Positions 18,114 through 27,704 of a stretch of 53,556 bases of DNA are shown piece after piece. How positions within the stretch are numbered: the first letter of the stretch is position 1; each line of letters starts with the position of its first letter. Position numbers and translations under genes: made by a program. Source of the DNA: Abditibacteriaceae bacterium (GTDB lineage Bacteria > Armatimonadota > Abditibacteriia > Abditibacteriales > Abditibacteriaceae); NCBI GenBank assembly GCA_031372065.1, contig JANMKN010000350.1:1-53556 (forward strand), read 5' to 3'. The notes below the pieces were generated by a model. It saw only the letters and a program-made list of their open reading frames with translations, made no database searches and was not told the DNA's origin.

Positions 18114-21100
18114 ATGAAACATCTCCCCTTATTGATCCTGATGCTGCTCTTGCCGTTTTTCAATGCCCGCGCCTTCGCGGCGCCGCTGCCGGTCAAGGTG
18201 TTTATCTTGGCCGGGCAGTCCAACATGGAAGGCCAGGCGGTGGCCGATTTGGCGGGGCGCGATTACAACGACGGCAAAGGCACGCTGGCAATGCTCATGG
18301 CCGACCCGGCCAAATCCGCTCTTTTCAAGCACCTGAAAACAGCCGACGGAGCGTGGACGGTGCGCAACGATGTATTTGTGCGCTACCAGCGCGAGAATCG
18401 GCCTCTGCTTGCCGGGCCGCTGGGGCTGGGTTTTGCGGCCTACGGCGACCCGCACCACTTCGGGCCGGAGTTGCAATTTGGCCACGTGGTAGGCGATGCG
18501 CTGGAAAACCCCGTGCTGCTCGTCAAAACCGCGTGGGGCGGCAAGAGTCTTTATAAGGATTTTCGTCCGCCTTCGTCAGGCGGAGAAACCGGCAAATATT
18601 ACACGCTGATGGTGACGCAAGTGCGTGCGGCGCTGGCCAACCTCGACCAGGAATTTCCTGCTCTCAAAGGGCGTAGTGCCGAACTGGCCGGGCTGGTGTG
18701 GTATCAAGGCTGGAACGATGGCGTTGACCCCACAACCGCCGTGCCGGAATACGAGCAAAACCTCGTTAATCTCATTGGTGATGTGCGTCGCGAGTTTCAA
18801 GTGCCCAAATTGCCAGTGGTAATCGGCGAACTCACGGGGCCGTGGGTGCAGGCCTCTGGCGGCTGGGAGACGCTGCGCAAGGCTCAGGCGGCGGCAGCGG
18901 CGCGGCCCGCACTGGCAGGTAGCGTGGTTTTTGTGCCGACGCACGACTTCGTGCGCAAACCCGAAGAATCGCCTAACCCCACCCACGGCCATCACGAGTT
19001 TGGCAACGCCGAAACCTATTTTCTGGTCGGCGACGCACTGGGCAAAGGCATGATGCAACTGATGTCCGCCAAAACCGCCATGATAAAAGACTATGGCCTC
19101 AAAAACTACGTGCGCGTCTCCAAAGACCTGCCACACAGCGAAAACCAGCCTTGGAAACTGGTCTGCACCCTGCCGTATAACTGCCATTTTCAGCCGTGGA
19201 TCGAGGTGGAAAGCGAAGCAGGCCAGGAGCTGCGCTTCAATTCCAGCAACCCTTTGGTGCTGTATCTCACCAAAACCGAAAGCGCTGTCACGCAGGCAGG
19301 CGCGGGCCAATACGAAGCGAAAAACTGGGTGAGCGGCGAAGGTGCGATTTACAGCATCCCCGCCGGGGTGAACGTCAAAGCCGTGCAATACCGCGAAACC
19401 GGCTACGATACCGCATTCGCCGGGTCGTTCGTGTGCAACGACCACGACTACAACGTGCTCTGGCAAAAAGCGGCACGCACCGCTTACATCTGTATGCGCG
19501 ACCATTTTTATGACTGTCCCGACCGCGAACGCGTCGGCTTCTGGGGCGACGGCACGCCGGAACTCAACCAGTGTTTTTATGTGTTCGATAGCAAATCGCA
19601 CGAGATCTGCCGTCAACTGGTGCGGCGCAAGCTGGAACCGAAATTCTATCCGGGTCAGCACTTGGAGTTTTTGGGCGACTACGGGCTGTGGTTCTATTAC
19701 TTGCAAACCGGCGATCTCGATTCGATGCGCACCATCTACGAACCGACCAAGACCTTCCTTTTTGAAACCTATAAATTCGGCAACGCGGGCACCTGGTTCG
19801 ACTGGGGCAAGGAAAACAAAGACACCGCCGTCACCGAAACCTGTTTTTATTACAACTGCCTCGGCACGCTAAAAAAAATCGCGCTCGCTACCGGCCACGA
19901 GGCCGATGTCCCGGCCATTGACGCGAAGCGGGAAGCCATCAAAAGCAGCTTCGACGCCAAGTATTGGAAAGGCCAATTCTACAAATCGGAACAAGTCAAA
20001 GAACCGGACGACCGCGCCAACGCGATGGCGGTGAACGTCGGTTTGGCCGAGCGCGCGAAGTGGCCTGCCATCTACGAAAATGTGCTGTCTAAAAAGACCT
20101 ATGCAAGCTGCTTTTTCGACCGCTGGGTTTTCGAAGCGCTATGTCTGATGGGCAAACCCGACAAAGCGCTGCTGCGTATGCACGAACGGTATAAAACGAT
20201 GATTCCCTGCAAGTTCAGCACGCTCTGGGAACACTACGACCGCTGGTGGGCCTCGCGCATCGACGCTTTCGACGACGCTTCGTCGCTCAACCACGGCTGG
20301 AACCCACCGGCGCTGATTCTCTCGCAGAGCATCGCGGGCATCTCGCCCGAAACGCCCGGCTGGAACACGTTTCATGTGCTACCGCAGGAGGCGTTTCTCA
20401 CTTCGCTCAAAGTCGTGGTGCCTTCGGTCAAAGGCGACGTGATGGTGCAAATTCAAAAAACCACCAGCGCTTATAACCTCGACCTCACTTCACCCACCGA
20501 AACCACCGCCATCGTGGGCATCCCCAAAAGCGCGTTTAGCAAGCTAAAAAGCATTAAGGTCAACGGCGTGGCAGTGTGGAACGGCACTTTTCGTGGCGGC
20601 GTGGTGGGCGTTGGATGGCACAGCGAAGATGCCGATTTCGTGAAGTTCACCGTGGCGCCCGGCTCATGGCAGTTTCAAGGGCTTGGCAAACTGCCGCTGA
20701 CCTCGCCCAAAGTTCCGGCGTTGGCACCAGCACTGACGCAGCCCCTCGACAAAAAACTCTGGACGGCCACTGCCAGCGTGCCCGATGGCACATTCGCCTT
20801 CAGCGGCGCCAAAATCCCTATCGACGTTGCAGCAGCCAACGCCCTCAACGGCGACCACTGGACAGGCTGGCGCGACATGACCCAAACCCAGCATCCCGGC
20901 CAGTGGTTCCAAGTGGATATGCAGCGCCCGCAACGTTTTGCGCGGATCGTCCTCGATAACACCTGGGCGCTGTGGGATTCGCCCGCCGCCTACGCAGTCA
21001 CGGTTTCGCAAGACGGCACCACTTGGAGCAAACCCATCGTCAGCGGCCACGGCGAATTGGGCATCACCACCATCAACTTCAAACCCCAAGCCGCTCGCTA

Positions 21101-21179
21101 CATTCGCATCACCCAAACCGGCACCAACCCCACTTATCACTGGTCGATATACGAATTCGATGTCTTCGCAGAGTGGTAG
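18114..21179 (+). CDS. Fusion: SASA esterase + GH78-like (alpha-L-rhamnosidase-type) six-hairpin glycosidase + F5/8 type C (discoidin) domain
   Basis: FILAGQSNMEG, FGPELQFG, WYQGWND; DCPDRERVGFWGDG, TLWE, SLNHGW; C-terminal QWFQVDM...ARYIRITQT...WSIYEFDV. Confidence 0.8.
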   Translation: MKHLPLLILMLLLPFFNARAFAAPLPVKVFILAGQSNMEGQAVADLAGRDYNDGKGTLAMLMADPAKSALFKHLKTADGAWTVRNDVFVRYQRENRPLLAGPLGLGFAAYGDPHHFGPELQFGHVVGDALENPVLLVKTAWGGKSLYKDFRPPSSGGETGKYYTLMVTQVRAALANLDQEFPALKGRSAELAGLVWYQGWNDGVDPTTAVPEYEQNLVNLIGDVRREFQVPKLPVVIGELTGPWVQASGGWETLRKAQAAAAARPALAGSVVFVPTHDFVRKPEESPNPTHGHHEFGNAETYFLVGDALGKGMMQLMSAKTAMIKDYGLKNYVRVSKDLPHSENQPWKLVCTLPYNCHFQPWIEVESEAGQELRFNSSNPLVLYLTKTESAVTQAGAGQYEAKNWVSGEGAIYSIPAGVNVKAVQYRETGYDTAFAGSFVCNDHDYNVLWQKAARTAYICMRDHFYDCPDRERVGFWGDGTPELNQCFYVFDSKSHEICRQLVRRKLEPKFYPGQHLEFLGDYGLWFYYLQTGDLDSMRTIYEPTKTFLFETYKFGNAGTWFDWGKENKDTAVTETCFYYNCLGTLKKIALATGHEADVPAIDAKREAIKSSFDAKYWKGQFYKSEQVKEPDDRANAMAVNVGLAERAKWPAIYENVLSKKTYASCFFDRWVFEALCLMGKPDKALLRMHERYKTMIPCKFSTLWEHYDRWWASRIDAFDDASSLNHGWNPPALILSQSIAGISPETPGWNTFHVLPQEAFLTSLKVVVPSVKGDVMVQIQKTTSAYNLDLTSPTETTAIVGIPKSAFSKLKSIKVNGVAVWNGTFRGGVVGVGWHSEDADFVKFTVAPGSWQFQGLGKLPLTSPKVPALAPALTQPLDKKLWTATASVPDGTFAFSGAKIPIDVAAANALNGDHWTGWRDMTQTQHPGQWFQVDMQRPQRFARIVLDNTWALWDSPAAYAVTVSQDGTTWSKPIVSGHGELGITTINFKPQAARYIRITQTGTNPTYHWSIYEFDVFAEW

Positions 21180-21332
21180 CCTCCGAAATCAGCTCATCCA
21201 ACCAGTAAGAAAACCGCACAACCACTGGTTTTAAACTACAACGGTCCGGGCCGTAAAAGTGACATGTCTTGAGGCGAAAAATGCGAGTTTCGCCTTGATT
21301 TACAAGGGTTTTAGCACTTTCTTCGTGGTATT

Positions 21333-21369
21333 TGATTGCTCCCAAAATCTACATTTTCGGGAGCAATCA
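21333..21369. repeat. Inverted repeat TGATTGCTCCC-AAAAT-N4-ATTTT(C)-GGGAGCAATCA at block boundary
   Basis: Read directly; further short inverted repeats at 21272-21295 and 21293-21307. Confidence 0.75.
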
Positions 21370-21782
21370 CGCAAAAAAACACCTACTTTGACAAAAACGG
21401 GACTGCCAAAAACGACGTTCCTAAACCCGTTGCGAATGATTTTTTCACCCCGACACGACGTTAATAACGCCAATCACGTCAGCGATTTACTACCGGTTTC
21501 CTCAATAAATCGCCAGTTTGAAGATTGTTTGACTGTCAATTTCAGCACTATGTTGATGGAACGCTATTAGGTCAGTCGCGCCTTTGTGGATATTGCAAAG
21601 GGTCGGTTTCATCATATGAACCATTAGCTTTCAAAGCCGCTACAGCGAGGCAAAGGGTTGCGAGGACACGCTCGATACGAAGTTTGGCGCCAGAACCAGA
21701 TCAAACTGGTGCATAGGATTGATGCGCATTACTTAGATTATTTACATTACTTATGTCGTGGTCGGGCTTGGACCAAGCCGTT

Positions 21783-22166
21783 TTACAAAGAATGGGGACG
21801 CACCACTAATTTGCCGCGCACCATATTCATGCCACAATGGAAGGCAAACTCGCCGACCTTGTTTGGCGTGAATTCCACTGGCACGGTTTCGCCCTGCGGC
21901 AGCATTTTGGAAACGCCAAAGTCGCCGAAGATGACCTGCTCCGTGCAAGAGTTGCTTTCCTCGCGGCGAAAATTGAGGCGCACAGGACGCCCCACTTCTA
22001 CTTCGATACGATCCGGCGAGTAGCCGCCTTTAACAACGATAGTCAGTTCCTGCACGGCACCTTGGGCAGAAGCTTTGACCACTTCGCGGGTGCCAAAGAA
22101 AAACCACAACGTTAAGGCCATCAGCGCCAATCCGCCCACGACCACAAAGATTTCTGCATTATCCAT
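21783..22166 (-). CDS. Membrane-anchored cupredoxin-like copper-binding protein (CupA-like)
   Basis: N-terminal TM helix; GGYSPDRI, SC, FHCGMNMVRGKL; start overlaps the copA stop. Confidence 0.88.
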   Translation of the reverse strand: MDNAEIFVVVGGLALMALTLWFFFGTREVVKASAQGAVQELTIVVKGGYSPDRIEVEVGRPVRLNFRREESNSCTEQVIFGDFGVSKMLPQGETVPVEFTPNKVGEFAFHCGMNMVRGKLVVRPHSL

Positions 22167-24553
22167 TACGAGCTCCTTTCGACTCGAAAACCGCGCAATC
22201 GCAACGCATTTGTCAGCACGCTGACGCTGGATAGCGCCATCGCCAGCGAGGCTAAAATTGGGCTGAGAAGCCAGCCGTTAGTAAAATAATAAAGCACTCC
22301 TGCCGCGATGGGAATGCCCAGCACGTTGTAGATGAAAGCAAAAAACAGATTTTGTTTGATGTTGGCAACCGTCGCTTTCGAGAGAGCGATGCTCGAAGCC
22401 ACACCGTGCAAATCGCCTTTAACGAGCGTAATGTCGGCGGCTTCCATCGCCACGTCAGTGCCGCTACCCATCGCAATGCCGACATCGGCTTGCGCCAAAG
22501 CGGGCGCGTCGTTGATACCGTCTCCCACCATCGCCACAATTTTCCCTTCGACTTGCAGCTTTTTGATTTCGCTTGCTTTGCCGTTCGGCATCACCTCAGC
22601 CAACACACGCTCAATGCCGACTTGCTTGGCGATAGCTTCCGCCGTGCGCCAGTTGTCGCCAGTCAACATGACGACTTCAAGTCCCAACTCATGCAAGCGT
22701 TCTACAGCGGTGAGGGAATTTTCTTTTACCGCATCCGCAACGGCGATGATGCCGACAAATTTTCCATCAAGCGCTACAAACATCGGCGTTTTTCCTGCTT
22801 CAGCTAAACGCGATGCCGCGCTTTCGTCAGGTGCTAATCCGCGATCATGGAGCAATTTCGCGTTACCGATTAACATCTGATGTCCTTCGACTTCGACTTC
22901 AATGCCCTGCCCGGCTATAGCGCGAAAATGCTTGGACTTCGCCAACTCTATATTGCGCGCGGCAGCCGATTTCACGATGGCTTCGCCCAAAGGATGCTCG
23001 CTGCCGCGCTCCGCACTGGCTACCAGACGCAACAACTCGTTTTCCTCCATGCCTTGCGACAGAAGGTCCGTAACCTCTGGTTCACCGCGCGTGATAGTGC
23101 CGGTTTTGTCCAGCACAATTGTCGTCAATTTGTGCGCGGTTTCCAATGCCTCGCCGCCTTTGATGAGGATACCGTTTTGCGCTCCACGCCCCGTGCCCAC
23201 CATAATCGCTGTCGGCGTAGCCAAGCCCAGCGCACACGGACAGGCGATGACTAAAACGGAAACGCTGGTCAAAAGCGCCATTTGCAGGCGCGATTCGACG
23301 GGCGCCACGACGAACCAAATCATGAACGTCGCAATGGCAATGCAGATCACCACCGGCACAAAGTAACCGGAAATTGTATCGGCCAGTTTTTGCAGCGGCG
23401 CCTTGCTGCCCTGCGCTTCCTGCACCATGCGCACAATGCCTTGTAGCACCGTATCTTGGCCGACTTTGGTCGCACGCATTTTGAAAGCGCCAGTTTTGTT
23501 CAGCGTGGCGCCGATCACGGCATCGCCCTCTTTCTTTTCAACCGGCAACGACTCGCCAGTCAGCATAGACTCATCCACGCTTGATGCGCCTTCGATGACT
23601 TTGCCGTCAACGGGCACTTTTTCGCCGGGACGCACTAAAATAATATCGCCGGGCCGCACTTCTTCAATGGGAATATCTTGTTCAATACCATCACGTTCAA
23701 GGCGCGCCGTTTTCGCTTGTAAACCCATTAAGGCACGAATGGCGCCACTGGTTTGGCGGCGCGCGCGCGCTTCGAGTAAGCGGCCCATCAAAATCAACGT
23801 GACGACAATCGCGGCCACTTCGTAATAGACGCCGGGCAGCATCGCTGCGTGCTGGGCGCCATGCACCATGAAAAGCGAAGGCACAACGGTGGCTGTCACG
23901 CTATACAAATAGGCTGCCAAGGTGCCGATAGCAATCAGCGTGTTCATGTCAGCGGCGCGGTGTCGAGCCGCTGCCCAAGCGCCCGTGAAAAACTCTCGCC
24001 CGGCCCAAAAAAGCACTGGTGTGGTCAAGGCCAATTCCAGCCACGGGCGCCATGCCGCATTCATCAAACCATTCAGTTCTGAGACGAAATGCCCGCCCAT
24101 TGAGATGATCGCGAGAGGCAAAGTCAAAACTGCCGCGAAGAGAAATTTCTGTTTCTGGCCGCGATATTCAGCTTCGCGCGCCTGCATTTCAGCGTCTTGC
24201 GTGCTTGCGCCACCACCGTGATTATGAACAGGGTTTTCAGCCGGCAAAATTGCGTCGTAACCGGCCTTTTGCACGGCCTCGCGCAGCTTGTGCGGATTGG
24301 TGACTTTGGGGTCGTAATGCACCGTCGCACGCGTGGTGGCGAAGTTGACGTTGCAGTTTTCAACGCCTTCGGCCTTACCGAGCGCTTTCTCAATACGGTT
24401 GGCACACGCCGCACAATGCATTCCCAAAAGCGGCAAGTCGGCACGAATGGAATCGGTGCCTGCCGCTCCTTTATGATGCGCTCCGTTCTCATCATGTTGC
24501 TGTTCGATGGACGCTGCACTCTGAATAACAGTGAGGGGAATAATCTTTTTCAT
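22166..24553 (-). CDS. copA: Copper-translocating P1B-1 ATPase
   Basis: HMA domain [41 protein letters not shown] and MALSS Cu(I) TM motifs. Start placed at ATG 24553, downstream of the operator. Confidence 0.96.
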   Translation of the reverse strand: MKKIIPLTVIQSAASIEQQHDENGAHHKGAAGTDSIRADLPLLGMHCAACANRIEKALGKAEGVENCNVNFATTRATVHYDPKVTNPHKLREAVQKAGYDAILPAENPVHNHGGGASTQDAEMQAREAEYRGQKQKFLFAAVLTLPLAIISMGGHFVSELNGLMNAAWRPWLELALTTPVLFWAGREFFTGAWAAARHRAADMNTLIAIGTLAAYLYSVTATVVPSLFMVHGAQHAAMLPGVYYEVAAIVVTLILMGRLLEARARRQTSGAIRALMGLQAKTARLERDGIEQDIPIEEVRPGDIILVRPGEKVPVDGKVIEGASSVDESMLTGESLPVEKKEGDAVIGATLNKTGAFKMRATKVGQDTVLQGIVRMVQEAQGSKAPLQKLADTISGYFVPVVICIAIATFMIWFVVAPVESRLQMALLTSVSVLVIACPCALGLATPTAIMVGTGRGAQNGILIKGGEALETAHKLTTIVLDKTGTITRGEPEVTDLLSQGMEENELLRLVASAERGSEHPLGEAIVKSAAARNIELAKSKHFRAIAGQGIEVEVEGHQMLIGNAKLLHDRGLAPDESAASRLAEAGKTPMFVALDGKFVGIIAVADAVKENSLTAVERLHELGLEVVMLTGDNWRTAEAIAKQVGIERVLAEVMPNGKASEIKKLQVEGKIVAMVGDGINDAPALAQADVGIAMGSGTDVAMEAADITLVKGDLHGVASSIALSKATVANIKQNLFFAFIYNVLGIPIAAGVLYYFTNGWLLSPILASLAMALSSVSVLTNALRLRGFRVERSS

Positions 24554-24577
24554 GGTGTTTTCTTCTCTCATAGCAAT

Positions 24578-24594
24578 ATACCCCCATTGGGTAT
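24578..24594 (-). promoter_or_regulatory. CsoR-type operator overlapping a -10-like hexamer of the copA promoter
   Basis: Minus strand ATACCCAATGGGGGTAT (ATACCC-N5-GGGTAT) overlapping TATATT, about 25 nt upstream of the copA ATG. Confidence 0.85.
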
Positions 24595-24650
24595 GATTAG
24601 AAAGACAATCTCTGCTTTTATCGGTTGCCTTGAAATTCGCAAGTAATTGC

Positions 24651-24696
24651 AGAAAAACACAACACGCCGCTACATCGGTGATGTAGCGGCGTGTTG
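24651..24696 (-). terminator. Intrinsic terminator after csoR
   Basis: Perfect 17-bp stem CAACACGCCGCTACATC/GATGTAGCGGCGTGTTG, 3-nt loop, followed on the minus strand by TGTTTTTC. Confidence 0.8.
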
Positions 24697-24715
24697 AACG
24701 AGGCAAAAGACCGGA

Positions 24716-25006
24716 CTACGCGAGGAAGCGTTTTAACGCGGTTCGCACTTCGGCCAAGAGTTCCTCTTGACTAAGCGGTTTGGCGCACTCATGCTCACTG
24801 CCGGTGCCGTGTCCCATGACGCAGCATTCCAGATGGTTGCTCAGCAGTTCCACACCCAACGCGTCCAGAGCTGAGCGCACGGCGGAGATTTGGTTGAGAA
24901 CGTCCACGCAATAGCGGTCATCATCGATCATTTTACTGATGCCGTTGACTTGGCCAGTGATACGGTTGATGCGCGATTTAACTTTTTTGGTTTGGTCTGC
25001 GTTCAT
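24716..25006 (-). CDS. csoR: CsoR/RcnR family copper-sensing transcriptional repressor
   Basis: RINRITGQVNGI, RYCVDVLNQISAV, NHLECCV (Cys...His-x3-Cys fingerprint); adjacent to copA. Confidence 0.93.
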   Translation of the reverse strand: MNADQTKKVKSRINRITGQVNGISKMIDDDRYCVDVLNQISAVRSALDALGVELLSNHLECCVMGHGTGSEHECAKPLSQEELLAEVRTALKRFLA

Positions 25007-25061
25007 GAGAATTCAGCAGTAAGACTATCCAATTTTCGACACGTTGCCAAAGACCTCGCGC

Positions 25062-25442
25062 CTACTTCACGACGAGAGTGCCTTTATACATATTCATGCC
25101 GCAAGCGAAGGACAGCGCACCCGATTTCTTAGGCGTGAAAGTCAAGGTTGCCTTCTCGCCAACCTTGAGCGATTTACTCCACTTGAGGGCAGGCATCGCG
25201 ACGGTGTTGCCGCAGCCAGCGTCCTTGGTCAGATGAAACGTCAGGGCGACAGGTTTGCCCGCTTTCACTATCGCTGCGCCGGACTTGTAGCCATCGGGTA
25301 ACATGATCATCACTTTTTGCGGCGCTGTTTTCGGCGCATTTTTAGATGGTGCCATTTTGGTGGGCGCTGCATGCGCCGCACCGATCATGGTGGCGCTCAT
25401 GGCGAGCGCGGTCATCGTTTTGGTTGAGGTCTTGGTTTTCAT
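25062..25442 (-). CDS. Nested in-frame secreted cupredoxin-like protein (internal start)
   Basis: AGGAG-ACACC-ATG at 25452-25440, then a complete second signal peptide MKTKTSTKTMTALAMSATMIGAAHA. Confidence 0.65.
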   Translation of the reverse strand: MKTKTSTKTMTALAMSATMIGAAHAAPTKMAPSKNAPKTAPQKVMIMLPDGYKSGAAIVKAGKPVALTFHLTKDAGCGNTVAMPALKWSKSLKVGEKATLTFTPKKSGALSFACGMNMYKGTLVVK

Positions 25443-26903
25443 GGTGTCTCCTGAAGGATTGGGTTTTACGGCAAAAACAAACGGCACGGTGAGAATTTGG
25501 CCACCGTGTTGGAACTGCGCCCAGACTTTGTAAAGTCCGGCGCTGGGGAGTTGCAATTTCCCGGTGAATTTCGGGCCGCTGGCCGTCGCCATTTCCGGTG
25601 TGATTACCAGCCCGTCGCTTCCACCTGAACCGGGGCCGACCATATGAGTGTGAACCACCTGACGGCCATCCTGATGAATCGCCATTAAGTGGCCCATCGC
25701 GCCGAGATACGGTTCCATATCCGTCACTGCTTGCCCGTCCTTGGTGATGGTATAAGTCAATAGCGAGGGTCGCCCGGCTTGGAGGCCGGGTGCGACGTTA
25801 AGGGCAATAGTAAAACCATTTACCATCTTGGAAAGTTGCTTGTCCGGCACAAGGCGCGGCGAGTTTCGGGGTTTGCCACCACCAATTTTAATCTCGCTGC
25901 GCAACATCTGATTCAGGCCGTCAGCGGGCGTAAAATCGGCAAACAGCCAGTAGCGCCCAGCGCGCGGCGCCGTCCAGTTGAGACGGAAACGACCATCGGG
26001 ATTAAGCTGGGGATGTTCATGCGAAAACCAAGAGAGGTCGTCGCTGACCATGATGAGGTGCATCAGTTTTTCGTGAACAAGCTGAAACTTCGTCACGACT
26101 TTCGGCGATCCCGCTTCGCGCACGGCAAAGGTCAGTGGCACGCTCTGGCCAGCGACGGCTTTGCCGTCCCAGTGCAACCCAATACTGTAAGTTTTAGGCT
26201 TGCCGAAGGCTAATTCCTCATACAGCTTCGCGTAAGGAGCCGGGTTTTGGGCAAACGCAGCGGCTTCCTTCTTGGAACAAAAGTAGTAAGTCTGGCCGCT
26301 GTAGGCCACCTGAGCCGCTGCCGTCGCCGGGTCAACGGTCATGCGGCACACAGGGTCTTTTACCGCTCCTTTGGCGATGACTGGCCCGACTTTGGTTAGC
26401 ACACCCGCTGGATAAAGCGCGGCGATTTGGTCGAGCAGAACGTGTATTTTACGCTGATTCGCCACCGTGCCATGCAGATCGTTGTGGTCGCCGGATTCAT
26501 CGAGTTCGTTGGCCAATGTGTCGATCTGCTTGATGATGCCCGACAGCTTTGCCTGTGCATCGGGCGCAAGAGCCTTGCTGTCGGAGCGCAGTTCGCGCAC
26601 GCTGTCGCGCAGGTTGAAAGCCGCTTCATGCACGCCGGCCAACTTGCGGGTGGCGACCAAATGATCGAGGTCGCGTGCTCCCTCGCGCACGTCGTTCCAA
26701 GTCGCGATGCTGTTCTTGAAGGTCGCCAGCACATCCGCTGGTGGCGCAGAAGCATGATGTTCGTTGTGGGATGCGCTCTCTTGGGCAAAACCCGGTAGAA
26801 CGCCGAAAGCGGCGAAGCCGACAAGGGTGGCGAAAACGCCGCCGATTAAAAGTGCGCTTTTGCGCATCATGGATTTCATAATTTTATGTCTGCTCTCTGG
26901 CAT
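25062..26903 (-). CDS. Secreted multidomain metal-binding protein: His-rich helical domain + YHS + two His/Met beta-sandwich domains + cupredoxin
   Basis: Signal peptide; HNEHH; KDPVCRMTVDP...YYFCS (YHS); HEKLMHL...FSHEHP; MEPYLGAMGHL...HTH; GC...FACGMNMYKG. Exact start uncertain (several Met). Confidence 0.8.
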   Translation of the reverse strand: MPESRHKIMKSMMRKSALLIGGVFATLVGFAAFGVLPGFAQESASHNEHHASAPPADVLATFKNSIATWNDVREGARDLDHLVATRKLAGVHEAAFNLRDSVRELRSDSKALAPDAQAKLSGIIKQIDTLANELDESGDHNDLHGTVANQRKIHVLLDQIAALYPAGVLTKVGPVIAKGAVKDPVCRMTVDPATAAAQVAYSGQTYYFCSKKEAAAFAQNPAPYAKLYEELAFGKPKTYSIGLHWDGKAVAGQSVPLTFAVREAGSPKVVTKFQLVHEKLMHLIMVSDDLSWFSHEHPQLNPDGRFRLNWTAPRAGRYWLFADFTPADGLNQMLRSEIKIGGGKPRNSPRLVPDKQLSKMVNGFTIALNVAPGLQAGRPSLLTYTITKDGQAVTDMEPYLGAMGHLMAIHQDGRQVVHTHMVGPGSGGSDGLVITPEMATASGPKFTGKLQLPSAGLYKVWAQFQHGGQILTVPFVFAVKPNPSGDTMKTKTSTKTMTALAMSATMIGAAHAAPTKMAPSKNAPKTAPQKVMIMLPDGYKSGAAIVKAGKPVALTFHLTKDAGCGNTVAMPALKWSKSLKVGEKATLTFTPKKSGALSFACGMNMYKGTLVVK

Positions 26904-26918
26904 AATGCCGACTATGCC

Positions 26919-27704
26919 TTAAAACTGGGTGGAATAGCCCGCGATGAGCTTGAAGCTCTCGCGGTTCGCACCGCCTGAAACATCACTGGTCACGCCCACA
27001 TCAAAGACCGAACGCACCGTAACTTGCTGGCGCAAGCCGATGCCGATTGTCGTCAGGCCATTTTGCCCGCTGAGTGGATTAGCATGATAGCCGACTTGCG
27101 CCACAAAGGTGCGGTCGAAACGAGAGGGCAAGCCCAACGGATGGCTGTAACCGAGAATTACGCCGGGTTGCGTCTTGCGCTCGCCAGCCCCCGCACTGTT
27201 ATTGAGGAACAGGTCAAGGTTCAGATGCACCCGGTCGAAGCGCCCGACCTGCTTGGAAGCGATGCCACGCAAGCGGACATCTACGCCCTGCGAGTCGCGG
27301 CCTGTGGGCAGGAATGCATCGGCCCGCACCGCTAAGGCCGGGGTATTTCCGTATTCGCGGTTGAAGTTGTGAAAAAAGCCAAGGGCCACGGCGCCAAAGT
27401 CGCTGCGTCGTTTGGCCCCAAGGGGTGCCCCGCTGCTATCAGCGACGTATTTCGGGTCAAAGCCGAGTGAGACGTGTGAGTTCTTGGCTAAGCCATAAAG
27501 CAACTCTGCCGCGCCTTCGACACCGGTTTTTCCATCTTTTGGTTTGACGATAGCGCCGCCGACCTCGAACGCCTTTTCGCGGTAAGCCACCGAAGCGGCA
27601 TCGTCGAAATCGAGTGGACGCCCGGCGTCGAGGTTATTGTGGTCAACCGCAAAGGCAGGCGTTGCAAGTAACACCGCCAATGCGGGAATCAATGATTTTT
27701 TCAT
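26919..27704 (-). CDS. Putative outer-membrane beta-barrel protein
   Basis: AGGAGG RBS, ATGA overlap with upstream gene, signal peptide (..PAFA), amphipathic beta pattern, C-terminal KLIAGYSTQF ending in Phe. Confidence 0.7.
   Translation of the reverse strand: MKKSLIPALAVLLATPAFAVDHNNLDAGRPLDFDDAASVAYREKAFEVGGAIVKPKDGKTGVEGAAELLYGLAKNSHVSLGFDPKYVADSSGAPLGAKRRSDFGAVALGFFHNFNREYGNTPALAVRADAFLPTGRDSQGVDVRLRGIASKQVGRFDRVHLNLDLFLNNSAGAGERKTQPGVILGYSHPLGLPSRFDRTFVAQVGYHANPLSGQNGLTTIGIGLRQQVTVRSVFDVGVTSDVSGGANRESFKLIAGYSTQF

Noticed and set aside
21235..21248. AACTACAACGGTCC resembling the 23S rRNA/I-CeuI site
   Set aside because: Short partial match only, with no flanking rRNA similarity.
21721..21748. 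dif-like 28-mer GATGCGCATTA-CTTAGA-TTATTTACATT near the island edge
   Set aside because: 9/11 and 7/11 matches to the E. coli XerC/XerD arms, but the inner ATAA and TTATGT cores are broken and no partner site was found; plausible by chance in AT-rich DNA.
21259..22023. Plus-strand ORFs 21259-21570 and 21658-22023
   Set aside because: No motifs; they run through palindromes or antisense to the cupredoxin gene.
24554..24706. N-terminal extension of CopA given by the ORF track
   Set aside because: It spans the terminator and operator/promoter, so it is unlikely to be translated.
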